From: an uncultured Phycisphaerales bacterium | Lineage (GTDB): Bacteria; Planctomycetota; Phycisphaerae; Tepidisphaerales; Tepidisphaeraceae | Length of the DNA: 64,000 bases | Assembly: GCA_963844715.1 (NCBI GenBank) | Contig: CAWJPJ010000008.1 | Span: 384,001 to 448,000, forward strand | Direction: 5' to 3' | Part shown: piece by piece, positions 21,198 through 31,989 of the stretch | Layout of the letters: each line of letters opens with the position of its first letter | Numbering within the stretch: the first letter of the stretch is position 1 | Translations under genes and position numbers: made by a program | The notes under the pieces: generated by a model | The model's database searches: none | Seen by the model: only the letters and a program-made list of their open reading frames with translations | Told to the model about the DNA's origin: nothing

Positions 21198-22653
21198 ATG
21201 CAGAAGGGGTCCGCTCGCTCGCGAGGAGTCTCCCGCCGACGCTTCCTGGGCGGCTGCCTCGCCGCGGGCGCGGGGACCGTTTTGTGGTCGAATAATCCAA
21301 CGCGCGGCGCTCTGGCGCGGCGTCGGCCGAACATTCTCATGCTCGTCGCCGACGATCAGCGCCGCCGAGTGCATGGGATGCGCCGGCAATCTGATCGTCC
21401 AGACGCCGAATGTCGATTCGATCGCCGCGCGAGGCGTGCGATTTACCCAATCGTTCGCGACGACCGCGATCTGTCCCACCAGCCGCGCAACGCTCCTGAC
21501 GGGCTTGCACGCCGCATCCCACAAGATCGGGGACTTTTTCACTCCCATTGCCCCGGACCTCTTTCGCAATACCCACGCCCAAGTCCTCCGCCGCGGGGGC
21601 TATCGCGTCGGTTTCGTCGGCAAATGGGGCCTCGGCGGCGATCTCCCTAAATCGTCATACGATTATTTCGAAGGCTTCTCGGGACAAGGGCGCTACTGGG
21701 AGCCCGGTGAATCGAAACATCTCACGGTCCGCCAGGCGGATCATGCCGTGAATTTTTTGAACACGGGGAGCCGGCGCGAGCCATTTTTCCTTCAGGTAAG
21801 CTTCAAAGCCCCTCACGTGCAGGATGAGGGGCGCGATCAGCCGGGGATTTATGGCAAATATCCATACGACCCCGCCCTGAAGGACATGTACGTCAAAAAT
21901 GTCGTCCCGCCGCCCAAATCAAGCGATCTGGATGCCCAACCCCCATTTTTCCAGGGGACCCTCAGTTGCACACGCGAAGCGCCCGATTTTCATCCTGCAA
22001 CGTATCAGGAAGCGGTAAAGGATCTCTACCGCCTGGTCTCCGGGCTGGATATTGCGGTCGGTAGAATCCTCCAAGCCCTCCGCGCGAACGGCGTCGAGGA
22101 CAACACCGTCATTATCTATACCGCCGATCATGGCTCGATCTACGGCGAGCATGGCCTGGGGGGCAAGTGGCTCATGTACGAGGAATCGATCCGCCGTCCG
22201 ACCATCATTATGGACCCGCGCATCGACTCCAAACGCCGAGGCGCGACGTCCGACGCGATGGTCCTCAACATCGATATTCTGCCCACGATTGTCGACCTGG
22301 CGGGCGAAGCCGTGCCGTCCGGCGTTCAAGGAAAGAGCCTGACGCCTCTGGTCCTGGGCCAAACCCCGCCTTGGCGAAGCGAATGGTACTACCGATTCCA
22401 CAATGAACCGACCGCCCGGATCGTACCGTCCGAGGGTATCCGCACCGGCCAATGGAAATACATCCGCTACATCAAGACCAACCCCGTCTACGAGCAGCTC
22501 TTCGATCTTCAGGCCGACCCTCTGGAGACCCGGAATCTGGCCGGGGCCCAGCAAACCAGGGCAACCCTCGACTTGTTACGCGGACGTTGGGACCTCTGGC
22601 AACGAACGCTGGCCCGCTTTAATCTGTCCGATCGGTGGGTTGACCCCGCCTGA
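21198..22653 (+). CDS. Tat-exported sulfatase (frameshift near 21365)
   Basis: SRRRFL Tat motif, RPNILMLVADDQR, ICPTSRATLLTG, GKWGLG, TADHG. Confidence 0.88.
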
Positions 22654-22656
22654 TCG

Positions 22657-23577
22657 ATGGACAGAAAAGCCCAAATCACCCGCTTCCTCACCCCCGAGCA
22701 AAAAGGGATCGAGATCGGTCCCTATTTTCGCCCCCTCATGCCCAAAAAGGCCGGCAATCACTGCCTGGTTCTGGACGTCTTCGATGGGAAAACCCTGCGC
22801 GAAAAAGCGGCCGCCGATCCCAACATTTCTCGGGAACTCATTCCCGACATCGAGGATGTGGACCTCGTCGGCAGCTCAACGGAAATCGCGGACCTGGCGT
22901 CGAAGGAGCCCCCGGAAAGTTTCGATTACGTCATCTCCTCGCATAATCTGGAGCATCTGCCTGATCCGATCCGGTTTCTTCAGGGGTGCCAACTGATATT
23001 GAAGCCGGGCGGGGTGGTATCGATGGCCATTCCCGATCGGCGGGTCTGCTTCGATTTCTTCCGCCCGTTCTCGACGACGGCTGATTGGCTCGACGCCTAT
23101 TTCAAATCTCAAAAGCGCCCGACGCCCGCGCAGGTCTTCCTTCAAAACGCTTTGCACAGCCGGTACCTTCGCGGCGATGGGCTTCTGCTCGGCTTCTCAA
23201 TCGACGAAGACCCGGCCTCCGTCATCCCCCTGCAAACGCTCCAGGAGGCCTTCAATCGCTGGACGGATATTAATGCCCATCCCGACGAAACCTATCACGA
23301 CGTGCATTGCTGGGCCTTTACCCCGGCGTCCCTTGAATTGATCCTGCGCGATCTGAAATTCCTCGGCGTGCTTTATCTGGATATCCAGCAGATCGCCGGC
23401 CCATACGAGAACGAATTTTTCGTCCGCCTGCAAAAACCGCAAAATACCGCGGCTCCCGCCGAGAGCCGCGAGGATTTCTACCAGCGGCGGCGCAAGCTGC
23501 TGCACAAAATCGTGGACGAGGCGGCGGAGAATTCGAATCGGGTCTACCAACTGCGGCGTCAGCCGCCGGGACGTTGA
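22657..23577 (+). CDS. methyltransferase-domain protein
   Basis: GIEIGP, FDYVISSHNLEHLPDP, LKPGG. Confidence 0.8.
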   Translation: MDRKAQITRFLTPEQKGIEIGPYFRPLMPKKAGNHCLVLDVFDGKTLREKAAADPNISRELIPDIEDVDLVGSSTEIADLASKEPPESFDYVISSHNLEHLPDPIRFLQGCQLILKPGGVVSMAIPDRRVCFDFFRPFSTTADWLDAYFKSQKRPTPAQVFLQNALHSRYLRGDGLLLGFSIDEDPASVIPLQTLQEAFNRWTDINAHPDETYHDVHCWAFTPASLELILRDLKFLGVLYLDIQQIAGPYENEFFVRLQKPQNTAAPAESREDFYQRRRKLLHKIVDEAAENSNRVYQLRRQPPGR

Positions 23578-25434
23578 ATGGCGCTCTCGCAATCCATACC
23601 ATCTCCGCTCCTCATGGAAGAAACCGATACGGAATCCCGTCCGCCGCGATGGAAGACGCTCTGCGGGTTCTGGCCTGCTCTGGCGCTTTTGCCGGCTTTA
23701 ATCCCTCTGATCGGAATCGCCCTTTACGGCGTGAACATCCCGTTCGGCGACGAATGGGACATCGCCGGTCCGCTTTTTTTTAAACTGCACGCCGGAACGC
23801 TGACCCTTGCCGACATTGTCGCCCAGCACAACGAGCATCGCATCGCCATCACGCGCCTGATCATACTGGGAGTCGGGAAACTCACTCATTACAACGTCAA
23901 GGACGAGATGTTTACGACCTGGGGAGTCGCCGTGGCGATTTCCGTGCTCGTCTATCGCCTTGGCAAGCGCACGCTCCCGCCCGCCGCGGACGGGTTGCGC
24001 CTCTGGGGCTATGCCGCCTGGTTCGTCGCGAATTTGATGATCTTCCATCTCATCCAGTATGAAAATTGGCTCTGGGGCATGGAAGTCCACTTCTTTTTGC
24101 CCACGCTGTGCATTCTGTCCGCGGCGCTGGCCTTGATGACGGGCCTGCCTCGCTGGGCCAGCATGCCGATTGCGATTCTGATGTCCGTGATCAGCACCTA
24201 TTCCGCCGCCAACGGAATGATCATCTGGGTAGTCCTGATTCCCCTGACGCGTTACGCCGGCAAACCCACGTCCCTGATCGTGAAGGACATCTGGACCGCC
24301 TGCTGGGTGGTCTGCGCCGCCCTGACGATCTGGTCTTATTTCCGGGGTTACGTCAAACCGCCGCAGCATCCTTCCCTGCTCGAAGCGCTGCGCCACCCGG
24401 GGCAATTTTTGCTTTATTTCTTCGTGTATATGGGCTCGCCCCTGGGGCTGGGGACGGACGTAGCGCCCATCTTGCAGTCCATCGCCGTCGGTGTTTTCGT
24501 CACGATTCTGTTCATGGCCGTGCTCTTCTACGCATGGGCTCGCCGAAAAGACGGCGAACTCATCAAGCGGGCCCTCCCCTGGCTGACGCTGGGCATGTAT
24601 GTCGCCGCAACCACCTTCGTCACCGACCTGGCGCGCCTCGGTTTCGGATACAGCGAAGCCATCGCTCCGCGATACACCACCATCTCGGCCATGATGTATG
24701 TGGCGCTCATTTACCTGATTCCGATCTTCTGCCGCGACGCCCGCGAATTTTATTCCGAAGGCTTCCGCCGCGCCTGGGCCCTGGCGGCGCGCCCGCTGCC
24801 CGCCGTTCTGGCGGGCGGCATGATCGCTCTTTACATCCCATGCAGCGCCTACGCCGTGGTGCAGTGCCAGCAATTCAAAATCCGCCGCACCAACGGACAG
24901 GCCGCCCTCATGTTCATCGACCAGTTCCAGGATGAGGCGCTCGCAAACCGCACCGCCGGCAACGCCAGGCAATTCCCCATCGTCCAACACTGGGCGGATT
25001 TCTTTAACACGCTCGGATACATCTACCCGCCATTGGCTAAGAGCGCCGACATCGTTCCCCTCGAAGCGGCGCATCAGCACGGCAGCAATATTTGCGGACA
25101 GATCGAGATCGTTCGCCCCGCCGATATCCCCGGCAATTGGGGCATCCAGGGGTGGGCCTTCTTCCCCGATCGTAAGGAGCCGGCGACCGCCGTCCTCCTG
25201 ACTTATCAGCAGGGAACCGGCGATCCCACCGTCTTCGGCGTCGGCGACGCGGGTCAGCCTCGCCCCGATCTCGTCGCTGAGAAAGGCGACCCGAATTACG
25301 CCACCGCCGGCTTTGTCAAAACATTTCCCGTTACGTTGATTCCAAAGGGGGACCTGAAAATCGAGGCCTGGGCGCTGGATCTTTCGACCCTCCAGGCGTA
25401 CGCGCTATCCAACCCCATGACGATTCACAACTAA
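23578..25434 (+). CDS. multi-pass membrane protein, GT-C-like glycan modification enzyme
   Basis: PFGDEW and QHNEHR loop motifs, more than 10 TM helices, C-terminal periplasmic RPD/GF domain. Confidence 0.65.
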   Translation: MALSQSIPSPLLMEETDTESRPPRWKTLCGFWPALALLPALIPLIGIALYGVNIPFGDEWDIAGPLFFKLHAGTLTLADIVAQHNEHRIAITRLIILGVGKLTHYNVKDEMFTTWGVAVAISVLVYRLGKRTLPPAADGLRLWGYAAWFVANLMIFHLIQYENWLWGMEVHFFLPTLCILSAALALMTGLPRWASMPIAILMSVISTYSAANGMIIWVVLIPLTRYAGKPTSLIVKDIWTACWVVCAALTIWSYFRGYVKPPQHPSLLEALRHPGQFLLYFFVYMGSPLGLGTDVAPILQSIAVGVFVTILFMAVLFYAWARRKDGELIKRALPWLTLGMYVAATTFVTDLARLGFGYSEAIAPRYTTISAMMYVALIYLIPIFCRDAREFYSEGFRRAWALAARPLPAVLAGGMIALYIPCSAYAVVQCQQFKIRRTNGQAALMFIDQFQDEALANRTAGNARQFPIVQHWADFFNTLGYIYPPLAKSADIVPLEAAHQHGSNICGQIEIVRPADIPGNWGIQGWAFFPDRKEPATAVLLTYQQGTGDPTVFGVGDAGQPRPDLVAEKGDPNYATAGFVKTFPVTLIPKGDLKIEAWALDLSTLQAYALSNPMTIHN

Positions 25435-25484
25435 CGCTGTACACTTTTTCCCGGGTCCGTTCGCCAAGGTCTTCGGATTCCAAT

Positions 25485-26660
25485 ATGAACACGATTACTC
25501 GATGGATTTTGCTGGTGCCCAGTAGTGTCCTCTGGAGTTTGGGATGGACGTATTATCAGTTCCAGTATTATCTCGTCGAGAAGCCGCGGCGCAAGCCCCC
25601 GGTCGTTCATACCGGCCAGCCGACCCAGCCCACCGGCCTATGGTGCAATGTCGCGATCTATCAGCGCCGGCGCGTTTCGCCCAATCTGATGGCTTTCCTC
25701 GGCTGCCTCCGCGACGCGGGGTACAACGTCGTCGCCGTCCACAACGGACCCCTTGCCGATTCGCTCATCGCTGAACTCAAGACCGTCTGCCATTCCATCC
25801 TCGTGCGCAGCGCCGGCGGACGCGATTTCGGCTCCCACAAATACGGCACCGCCTATCTCACGTCCCTCGCCGAGCCGAACATCAAGCAGGTCATCTATTG
25901 CAACGACAGCATCTTCGTGCGCCCCTCCGTCCTCAAGGGCTTTCTCGAATCGCTTCGCGACATGCCCGACGATTACATCGGCACCTCCGAGACCTTCCAG
26001 TTCCACTATCACATTCACAGCTGGTTCTTCGCCGTCTCGGGAAAAGTCTTCAACTCTGCCCTCTTTCAGGATTTTTTCCGCCGCTATCGGCCGATCTCCT
26101 ATCGACGGCACGTGATCCATCGCGGCGAGATCCGCTTGACCCGCCGACTTGTGCGCTCGCAGATCTACCCCAAGATTCTCTTTCCCGCCGACGCGGTATT
26201 TGAAAAGGTCTTTGCGGCCGACGAAAAAAAGATCATCTCGCAGCTGGCGCTGCTGTCGAACATTTACACGTATGACATCGTCGCGCGGCTTCTTTCCGGT
26301 CAGGCGAAGTCGAAAGCCGCGGTGTTCGGCCGCGGTGCGAACGCCGTCAACGCCGGAGACCTGCCCGATTATCAGCTCCTCTTCATGCTCCGCCGCGCCC
26401 TGGCCGATGAATCGGCCCTGCAAAATGGAATGAACCTCATGAATCTCATGCTGCTGACCGGCAACGATTTTCCGTTCCTGAAAAAGGACCTGGTCTATCG
26501 TGATATGTTTCACTGCATTCAGATCGAGCGGGCCACGAGCCACTGGTGCGGCGAGGACGCCGCCCAGCTCGCCGAAATCCGCGGCTTCTTCCGCTCGCGC
26601 GAAGCGATGCGCTGGCAGAACGTCTTCCACCGAGTCCTGGCAACCGCAGGCGTGATTTAG
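25485..26660 (+). CDS. rhamnan synthesis F (RgpF)-like protein
   Basis: GRDFG, CNDS, HIHSWF, GEIRLT, FPFLKK. Confidence 0.75.
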   Translation: MNTITRWILLVPSSVLWSLGWTYYQFQYYLVEKPRRKPPVVHTGQPTQPTGLWCNVAIYQRRRVSPNLMAFLGCLRDAGYNVVAVHNGPLADSLIAELKTVCHSILVRSAGGRDFGSHKYGTAYLTSLAEPNIKQVIYCNDSIFVRPSVLKGFLESLRDMPDDYIGTSETFQFHYHIHSWFFAVSGKVFNSALFQDFFRRYRPISYRRHVIHRGEIRLTRRLVRSQIYPKILFPADAVFEKVFAADEKKIISQLALLSNIYTYDIVARLLSGQAKSKAAVFGRGANAVNAGDLPDYQLLFMLRRALADESALQNGMNLMNLMLLTGNDFPFLKKDLVYRDMFHCIQIERATSHWCGEDAAQLAEIRGFFRSREAMRWQNVFHRVLATAGVI

Positions 26661-26689
26661 AAACGATTAGGGACAGAGGGGGAAACCCG

Positions 26690-26950
26690 CTATCCCTGAG
26701 GCGTGGCGACCTGGGTAAGTATTGTCAGTCGATTGTCTTTCATCTGGGCAATCCCCCCGTCGATGCGGAACGTCTTTTTCTGCCCCGAAGCCAAGTCCAG
26801 CCGCAGCGGGCCTTTGCCGAGCTTGGCGAGCAGGGGGGCGCGATGGGTCAGGATGCCCAAAAGGCCGTCCTCGGCCGGGATGATCGCCTGGGTCAGCGAT
26901 TCGTCCATCACCTGCTGTTCGGGGGTCACCACCACGCATTGGAAAGCCAT
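26690..26950 (-). CDS. atpC: F0F1 ATP synthase epsilon subunit (N-terminal beta-sandwich only, 86 aa)
   Basis: VVVTPE, GLLGILTHRAPLLAKLGKG, IDGGIAQMKDNRLTIL. Confidence 0.85.
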   Translation of the reverse strand: MAFQCVVVTPEQQVMDESLTQAIIPAEDGLLGILTHRAPLLAKLGKGPLRLDLASGQKKTFRIDGGIAQMKDNRLTILTQVATPQG

Positions 26951-27129
26951 ACTTTGCTCCTGAGACACGCGAAGTCTAAGGGGGCGTCGTGGAGGCGTCA
27001 ATTTGCCTATTTCCCTCGTTGCCAAAGCCCGGGCTTGAGTTATGATTAAATGCGTTCTGCCGCTCCCACCGCGCTCTCTGCGCGGTGGTCGTCGTTTTGG
27101 GTTATCGTAAATTTTCAGGAGTCAGACCC

Positions 27130-27600
27130 ATGCAGTTCGTCAGCGCCGATGAGAAGGCCCGCTTTGAACGCCAGCGCGAGGAGCTATATAAAGCCCAGAT
27201 CGACGTGCAGGACCGAATCCGCAAAGCCGCCGCGCTCGGCGACCTCTCCGAAAACGCCGAGTACCACTTCGCCAAGGAAGAGAACCGCAGCATCCAGCGC
27301 CAACTGGCCGAACTTGAGGCCAAGCTTAAGAACGTCTCGGTCGTCTCCAATGAGGACGTCCCCCAGGACGTCGTCTTCATCGGCCACACCGTCAAGCTCC
27401 TCGATATGGATGACGAGAGCGAGCAATTGGTTCTGCTGGTAGGCGAGGCCCAGCCTCCCGACGCCGACAGCGATATTCTCCCCGTCAGCGCCAACAGCCC
27501 GATGGGCCAGGCCCTCATAAAAGCCCGAGTCGGCGAAACAATCAAAGTAAAAGCCCCGCGCGGGACGATGGAATTCAAGGTCCTGGAAATTGTGCAATGA
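27130..27600 (+). CDS. greA: transcription elongation factor GreA/GreB
   Basis: GDLSENAEYHFAKE, SANSPMGQAL, APRG. Confidence 0.9.
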   Translation: MQFVSADEKARFERQREELYKAQIDVQDRIRKAAALGDLSENAEYHFAKEENRSIQRQLAELEAKLKNVSVVSNEDVPQDVVFIGHTVKLLDMDDESEQLVLLVGEAQPPDADSDILPVSANSPMGQALIKARVGETIKVKAPRGTMEFKVLEIVQ

Positions 27601-27637
27601 CCGTCGCCGCCCTTTTCGCCCGCACGGCGTATTTTCC

Positions 27638-27710
27638 GCCGCGATAGCTCAATTGGCAGAGCACCGGTTTTGTAAACCGGCGGTTTCCAGTTCAACTCTG
27701 GATCGCGGCT
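27638..27710 (+). tRNA. tRNA-Thr(TGT)
   Basis: Intact cloverleaf: GCCGCGA/TCGCGGC acceptor, GCTC/GAGC D-stem, CCGGT-TTTGTAA-ACCGG anticodon arm, TCCAG-TTCAACT-CTGGA T-arm; no encoded CCA. Confidence 0.95.
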
Positions 27711-27749
27711 GTTCGGCTCACATGATCCGACTCTGTATACCTCGCGCCG

Positions 27750-28714
27750 TTAGTTCGATCCCACCGTGGCTCGAATCGTTTGCGGCGGCCTGGGAAGATT
27801 CGTGCCACTGTGGTCCGATTCCTCCGCGGCGATCGGAATCTCTGGCGCCCACTGCTCCCATTCGTCCTTTGCTTCCTCATAGAGCGGGAATTGATCCCCG
27901 TTCCTGGCCGGGTCCCCCATATCTTTTTCCGGCGTGGCAAACGCCACGCCCCCCGATATCAGTGTGCGCAGCGATTCCACCTTCATCTGCACGCCTGTCA
28001 GCAGTCCTCCTTTGACATCCACGCCGCTGATCATCCAGAATTTTGAATTTGCCCGGACCAGGGCGCAAATTGCTGACGTATCAATATATGAAGGTCCACC
28101 GTGGTCGAATCCGGATCGAGTTGAATACTCTCGATGACCCCGACATCCACGCCGCGGAAATACACCGGCGATTCAGCCTGCATTCGGTCGACGCGCGGTG
28201 CCTTCAACACGACTCGCAGGCCGTCCTCCAGCGACACCGGCGCCTTATCCAATCCGGTAAACTGATTCTGAATTTCTCCCGTTCCGGCCTCTGTGTCGAT
28301 ATATGGCCCGCTGAGAACTGTCGCCAGTCCGGAGATTTCTTGCAGCGAGACCTCCGGCCTCACGATCCAAAACATCGCGCCTTGTTTTGCAAACGCCGCG
28401 GCGCACCGCTGCAATCGAACGTCCACCACGGCATGCTTTTGATCGGGGCTAAGATCGATCTCGGACACCTGCCCTATTTCCACGCCGAGATGCATGACTT
28501 TCGTCTGTCCCGGCGTCAGCCCGCTGACGTCCGCAAACGATATCGCGACGTCAGGCCCGCGCAGTTCCAGAAAGTCGTACGCGTAAAACGCCGCTATCGC
28601 CAGCGCCAGGACCGGCGCGGCCCACACCAGAAGCCGCGGCCATCGCAGTTTCTTGATCACCGGCCTGGCGAGATTCACAGGCCGGTCTTTGTGATCGCCG
28701 GCGGTGCGATTCAT
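27750..28714 (-). CDS. pqiB: PqiB/MCE (MlaD) family protein (frameshift near 28040)
   Basis: Two MCE repeats (FWIVRP, LSGPYI; SPVYFRGVDVG; GGVAFATP); follows pqiA. Confidence 0.85.
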
Positions 28715-29328
28715 AGCTCGTCCCTTTCCCAGATAAGCTGCGGATCAAAACTCGCCGAGGCGAATAGCGTAAAGACAACCACCGCGCCAAAGGCGAACAA
28801 TCCCTTGCCTGGAATGATCGTCGCCAGCCGTTGCAGTTTGACGAGTGAAACCAGCACCGCCAGCACGAACACGTCCAGCATCGCCCAGCGCCCGATCGAC
28901 TCGATCACCTGAAAAATCCACGTCCGCAAAAGCTTCCACCGCGAAAAGTGCAGGCGCGTCGTCGCGACCAGAAAGAACAGGCCCATCAGTTTCAGCAGGG
29001 GAATCAAAATGCTCGCCAGAAAAACCACCACCGCGATGACGTAATCCCCATCGATAAACAGGAGCCTGCAACCGTCCCAGATCGTATTATCCGAAGTCGC
29101 CCCGTACATATTCAGCCGAAGAATCGGGAAAATATTCGCCGGGACATACAGGATCAGCGCTGCCAGCGAAAACGCGGCCGTCATGTGCAAACTATCCGGC
29201 GATCTTTTAATGATCCTGGCCCCGCAACGTCGGCATTTCGCCTCGACTCCGTCTTCCAGCGGCTCCACGAGATGCACCTGCCCGCACGTCTTGCACGCGA
29301 TTACAACTGATTCAGTCTGTTCTTGCAT
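28711..29328 (-). CDS. pqiA: paraquat-inducible protein A
   Basis: CxxC..CxxC, PANIFP, IGRWAMLDVF, FDPQLIW. Confidence 0.92.
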   Translation of the reverse strand: MQEQTESVVIACKTCGQVHLVEPLEDGVEAKCRRCGARIIKRSPDSLHMTAAFSLAALILYVPANIFPILRLNMYGATSDNTIWDGCRLLFIDGDYVIAVVVFLASILIPLLKLMGLFFLVATTRLHFSRWKLLRTWIFQVIESIGRWAMLDVFVLAVLVSLVKLQRLATIIPGKGLFAFGAVVVFTLFASASFDPQLIWERDEL

Positions 29329-29514
29329 AACGCACGAGCCGGTGGCGCCGGCCGTCCAAACATCGTCTTGCAGCTCGTCGGCTCACTCATCCGAACTCAA
29401 CTCCTCGGCGCATCTTAGGTCCCTATGCAATCGTGTGGGAACCCGGATTTTCCTGATTCTCGATATCAGCGTTCGCCTGATAAGCTCCGAGGTGAGTTAT
29501 GAAAGGAGTTTCAC

Positions 29515-29712
29515 ATGCCCCGTGGAGATAAAAGTTCCTATTCCCCCAAGCAGCGCCGGCAGGCTCGCGACATTGAAGAGAGCGCCGAACGCCGCGGCTA
29601 TGGGAAAAAACGCGCCGAGCAAATTGCCTGGGCCACCGTGAATAAACGCACCGGCGGCGCCAAGGGAAAAGGCGCCGGACGCGCCTGCGGCAAAAGCCCG
29701 CGGCAGCCGATG
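29515..29712 (+). CDS. small basic 'plasmid stabilization'-type stress protein (3' end uncertain)
   Basis: GAAAGGAG RBS; MPRGDKSSYSPKQRRQARDIEE..IAWATVNK is a recognisable small-protein family. Confidence 0.65.
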
Positions 29713-29759
29713 ATTGGCGGTGCCACGGAGTCGCTGCCGGCGGCTCCACGAAATAGAAA

Positions 29760-30258
29760 TCGGGATGTATTTTGTGGCCGGACATCCACGAAGGCGCAAA
29801 ACTACATTTCCCGGCGCTGGATCGCGATGCGAGTTTCTTGCACGACCCGTCCGCCGCCCTTCCCCACCTGGTGGACCGCGCGCCCGCTGCGCCTGCCCAT
29901 CCTGACCGCCTGGGCCGGCGGCCCCAAGGCCATCGCGCTGGCCGGGTTAGACAGACAATCCATCCGGCGCGCCGCCATCGATTCTCTATGTCGGTTATTC
30001 AATCAGCGCGGCGCAAAATTCGCGGCGCTTCTCGATCGGTTCCACTTTCACGACTGGGGCGCCGATGAATGGTCGCGCGGCGCTTACAGCTATGTAACCG
30101 TCGGCGGCTTGCGTCCCGCCGCTGCGCTGGCCAGGCCAATCGACGACACCCTCTTCTTCGCCGGCGAGGCAACCGACACGACCGGCCAAGCCAGCACGGT
30201 CGCCGGCGCCCTTTCCAGCGGCCAGCGCGCCGCCGGGCAGATCCTCGCCACGCTTTGA
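29760..30258 (+). pseudogene. C-terminal fragment of a flavin monoamine oxidase-family protein
   Basis: FPTWWT, WAGG, DWGADEWSRGAYSY, LFFAGEAT, TVAGALSSG; the N-terminal FAD-binding half is absent. Confidence 0.75.
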
Positions 30259-30277
30259 TACGACTCCCGCTCTTTTC

Positions 30278-30928
30278 TTATTTTGATTTCGTCTTGCACA
30301 GCGCCAGCCGCAAATCCTGCACAAATTCCGCCCGCGCAATGACTCGATCCTTGGCATCGGGAATCCGCAGCAGCAATGACGGATGCACCGTTGCCAGCAG
30401 GTTTTCGGCAAACTCGCTGTTCTGAAACTCGCCTCGATGTTGGGTCAATCGAAATGCGGAACCCAGAAGTGATTGCGCCGCCGTCGCTCCCAGGCAGACG
30501 ATCGTGGTTGGCTTGACTGCCGCGATCTCCGCCTCCAGCCAGGGCCGGCAAGCCGCCACTTCCCGCGCCGACGGTTTCGCATGCAGCCGCCTTTTCCCGC
30601 GCGGCTCCCACTTGAAATGTTTCACCGCGCCCGTGATGTAAATCTCGTCGCGTTTGATCCCCGCCTGTTCCAGGCATTCATCCAGCATATGCCCCGCCGG
30701 ACCGACGAACGGCCTTCCCCGGATATCTTCCTGGTCCCCCGGCTGTTCACCCACCAGCATCATCGCCGCATTTTCCGGTCCCTCTCCAAATACCGCTTGC
30801 GTCGCATGACAATACAATTCACACCCATGACACAGCTGCACCGCCGTGCGCAATTGCGGCAAAGATAAAATCTTCGGCAAAAAATCCGCCGCCGATCCTG
30901 TCCAATCGCATTTTAATTTTGTCACCAT
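30278..30928 (-). CDS. udgX: UdgX family uracil-DNA binding protein
   Basis: CxxC Fe-S ligands, GEQPG, KHFKW..GKRRLH R-loop, VHPS. Confidence 0.88.
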   Translation of the reverse strand: MVTKLKCDWTGSAADFLPKILSLPQLRTAVQLCHGCELYCHATQAVFGEGPENAAMMLVGEQPGDQEDIRGRPFVGPAGHMLDECLEQAGIKRDEIYITGAVKHFKWEPRGKRRLHAKPSAREVAACRPWLEAEIAAVKPTTIVCLGATAAQSLLGSAFRLTQHRGEFQNSEFAENLLATVHPSLLLRIPDAKDRVIARAEFVQDLRLALCKTKSK

Positions 30929-31039
30929 TGCCGTCTCCAAGACCGAGATGATGAGCAAATTAAATTCCAATTGCAAAGTCTCTCTTATAAATAGCGACGC
31001 TCGCGGTACCGAATATCGCCCGCTTTTCGAGTCAAAATT

Positions 31040-31092
31040 AAAAAAAGGGGCGACGACGATCACGATCCTCGGATCGCTCTCGCCGTCGCCCC
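31040..31092 (-). terminator. intrinsic terminator after yciF
   Basis: GGGGCGACG...CGTCGCCCC stem followed by a T7 tract on the minus strand. Confidence 0.7.
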
Positions 31093-31120
31093 AGATAAAC
31101 CGGCATTTTCGCATCCCGGC

Positions 31121-31639
31121 TCAGGCGGGCATCGTCGCACCGGCCGAGGCATTGATTCCGCCCTCCGCCAATTGCGTCAAATGCTTGTTCGCCGAGCCTT
31201 CTTCATCCAGCGTCTGCTGCAACATCCTGGCGATTTCCGGATGACCCAGGCGCTGGGCGAACGAGCGAACCGCGCCATACCCCGCCATCTCGTAATGTTC
31301 CACGCGCTGCGCCGCGGCGATAAGGGCCGCGTCCTTCACCGACGGATTCCCCTTGGCGCCGATCATCTCGGATCCTTCGCGGATGAGGCCCTTCATGGCT
31401 TCGCAGGTTTCCCGCTTCGGCTCCTCGCCAATCTGCCCGAAGATCTCCTCCAACCGCCGCGCGTGTCCTTTCGTCTCGTTCAAATGAGAGAGGAAAGCGT
31501 TTTTAAGCTGGGGCGATGTCGCGGCGTCCGCCATCTTCGGCAGCGCGTCGATCAGACGGTTTTCCGCGTCGTACAAATCCTCGAGTTGGTTCAAGAACAA
31601 GTCATTCAGGTTGTTAAATGTGTTACCAAGCAAAGCCAT
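31121..31639 (-). CDS. yciF: ferritin-like DUF892/YciF protein
   Basis: LEDLYDAE, HLNETKGH, CEAMKGL, AQRVEHYEMAGYG, TLDEE. Confidence 0.92.
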   Translation of the reverse strand: MALLGNTFNNLNDLFLNQLEDLYDAENRLIDALPKMADAATSPQLKNAFLSHLNETKGHARRLEEIFGQIGEEPKRETCEAMKGLIREGSEMIGAKGNPSVKDAALIAAAQRVEHYEMAGYGAVRSFAQRLGHPEIARMLQQTLDEEGSANKHLTQLAEGGINASAGATMPA

Positions 31640-31989
31640 GGCATCCATCCTTTCAAATAAAAAACTCCGTTTAGCCGACAAAACGGCGGCTCTACAAATC
31701 CTTGATACAAGTGCGATGCCAGATCGGAAATTGGCCCCCGCTTTATTTTTCGCGTGGTTTCCCATGTCATCCCGCCTTCCCGGGATGACAAATCGTCGCT
31801 GCTTTTCAAATTAATATCTCGGCGCAACGCTTGATCCATTGGTCCTGATGTTTTGTGATGGATGGTGAGATGATGACCACCGTCAGGTACAGCCTTTGCT
31901 CGACCACCCGGGTGATACCGTCGGGCTTTTCAAACCAGCGTTGGTTGTGGCTCGCCGGGAATTCAACGAACCGAAAGGAAGCGTGCACC

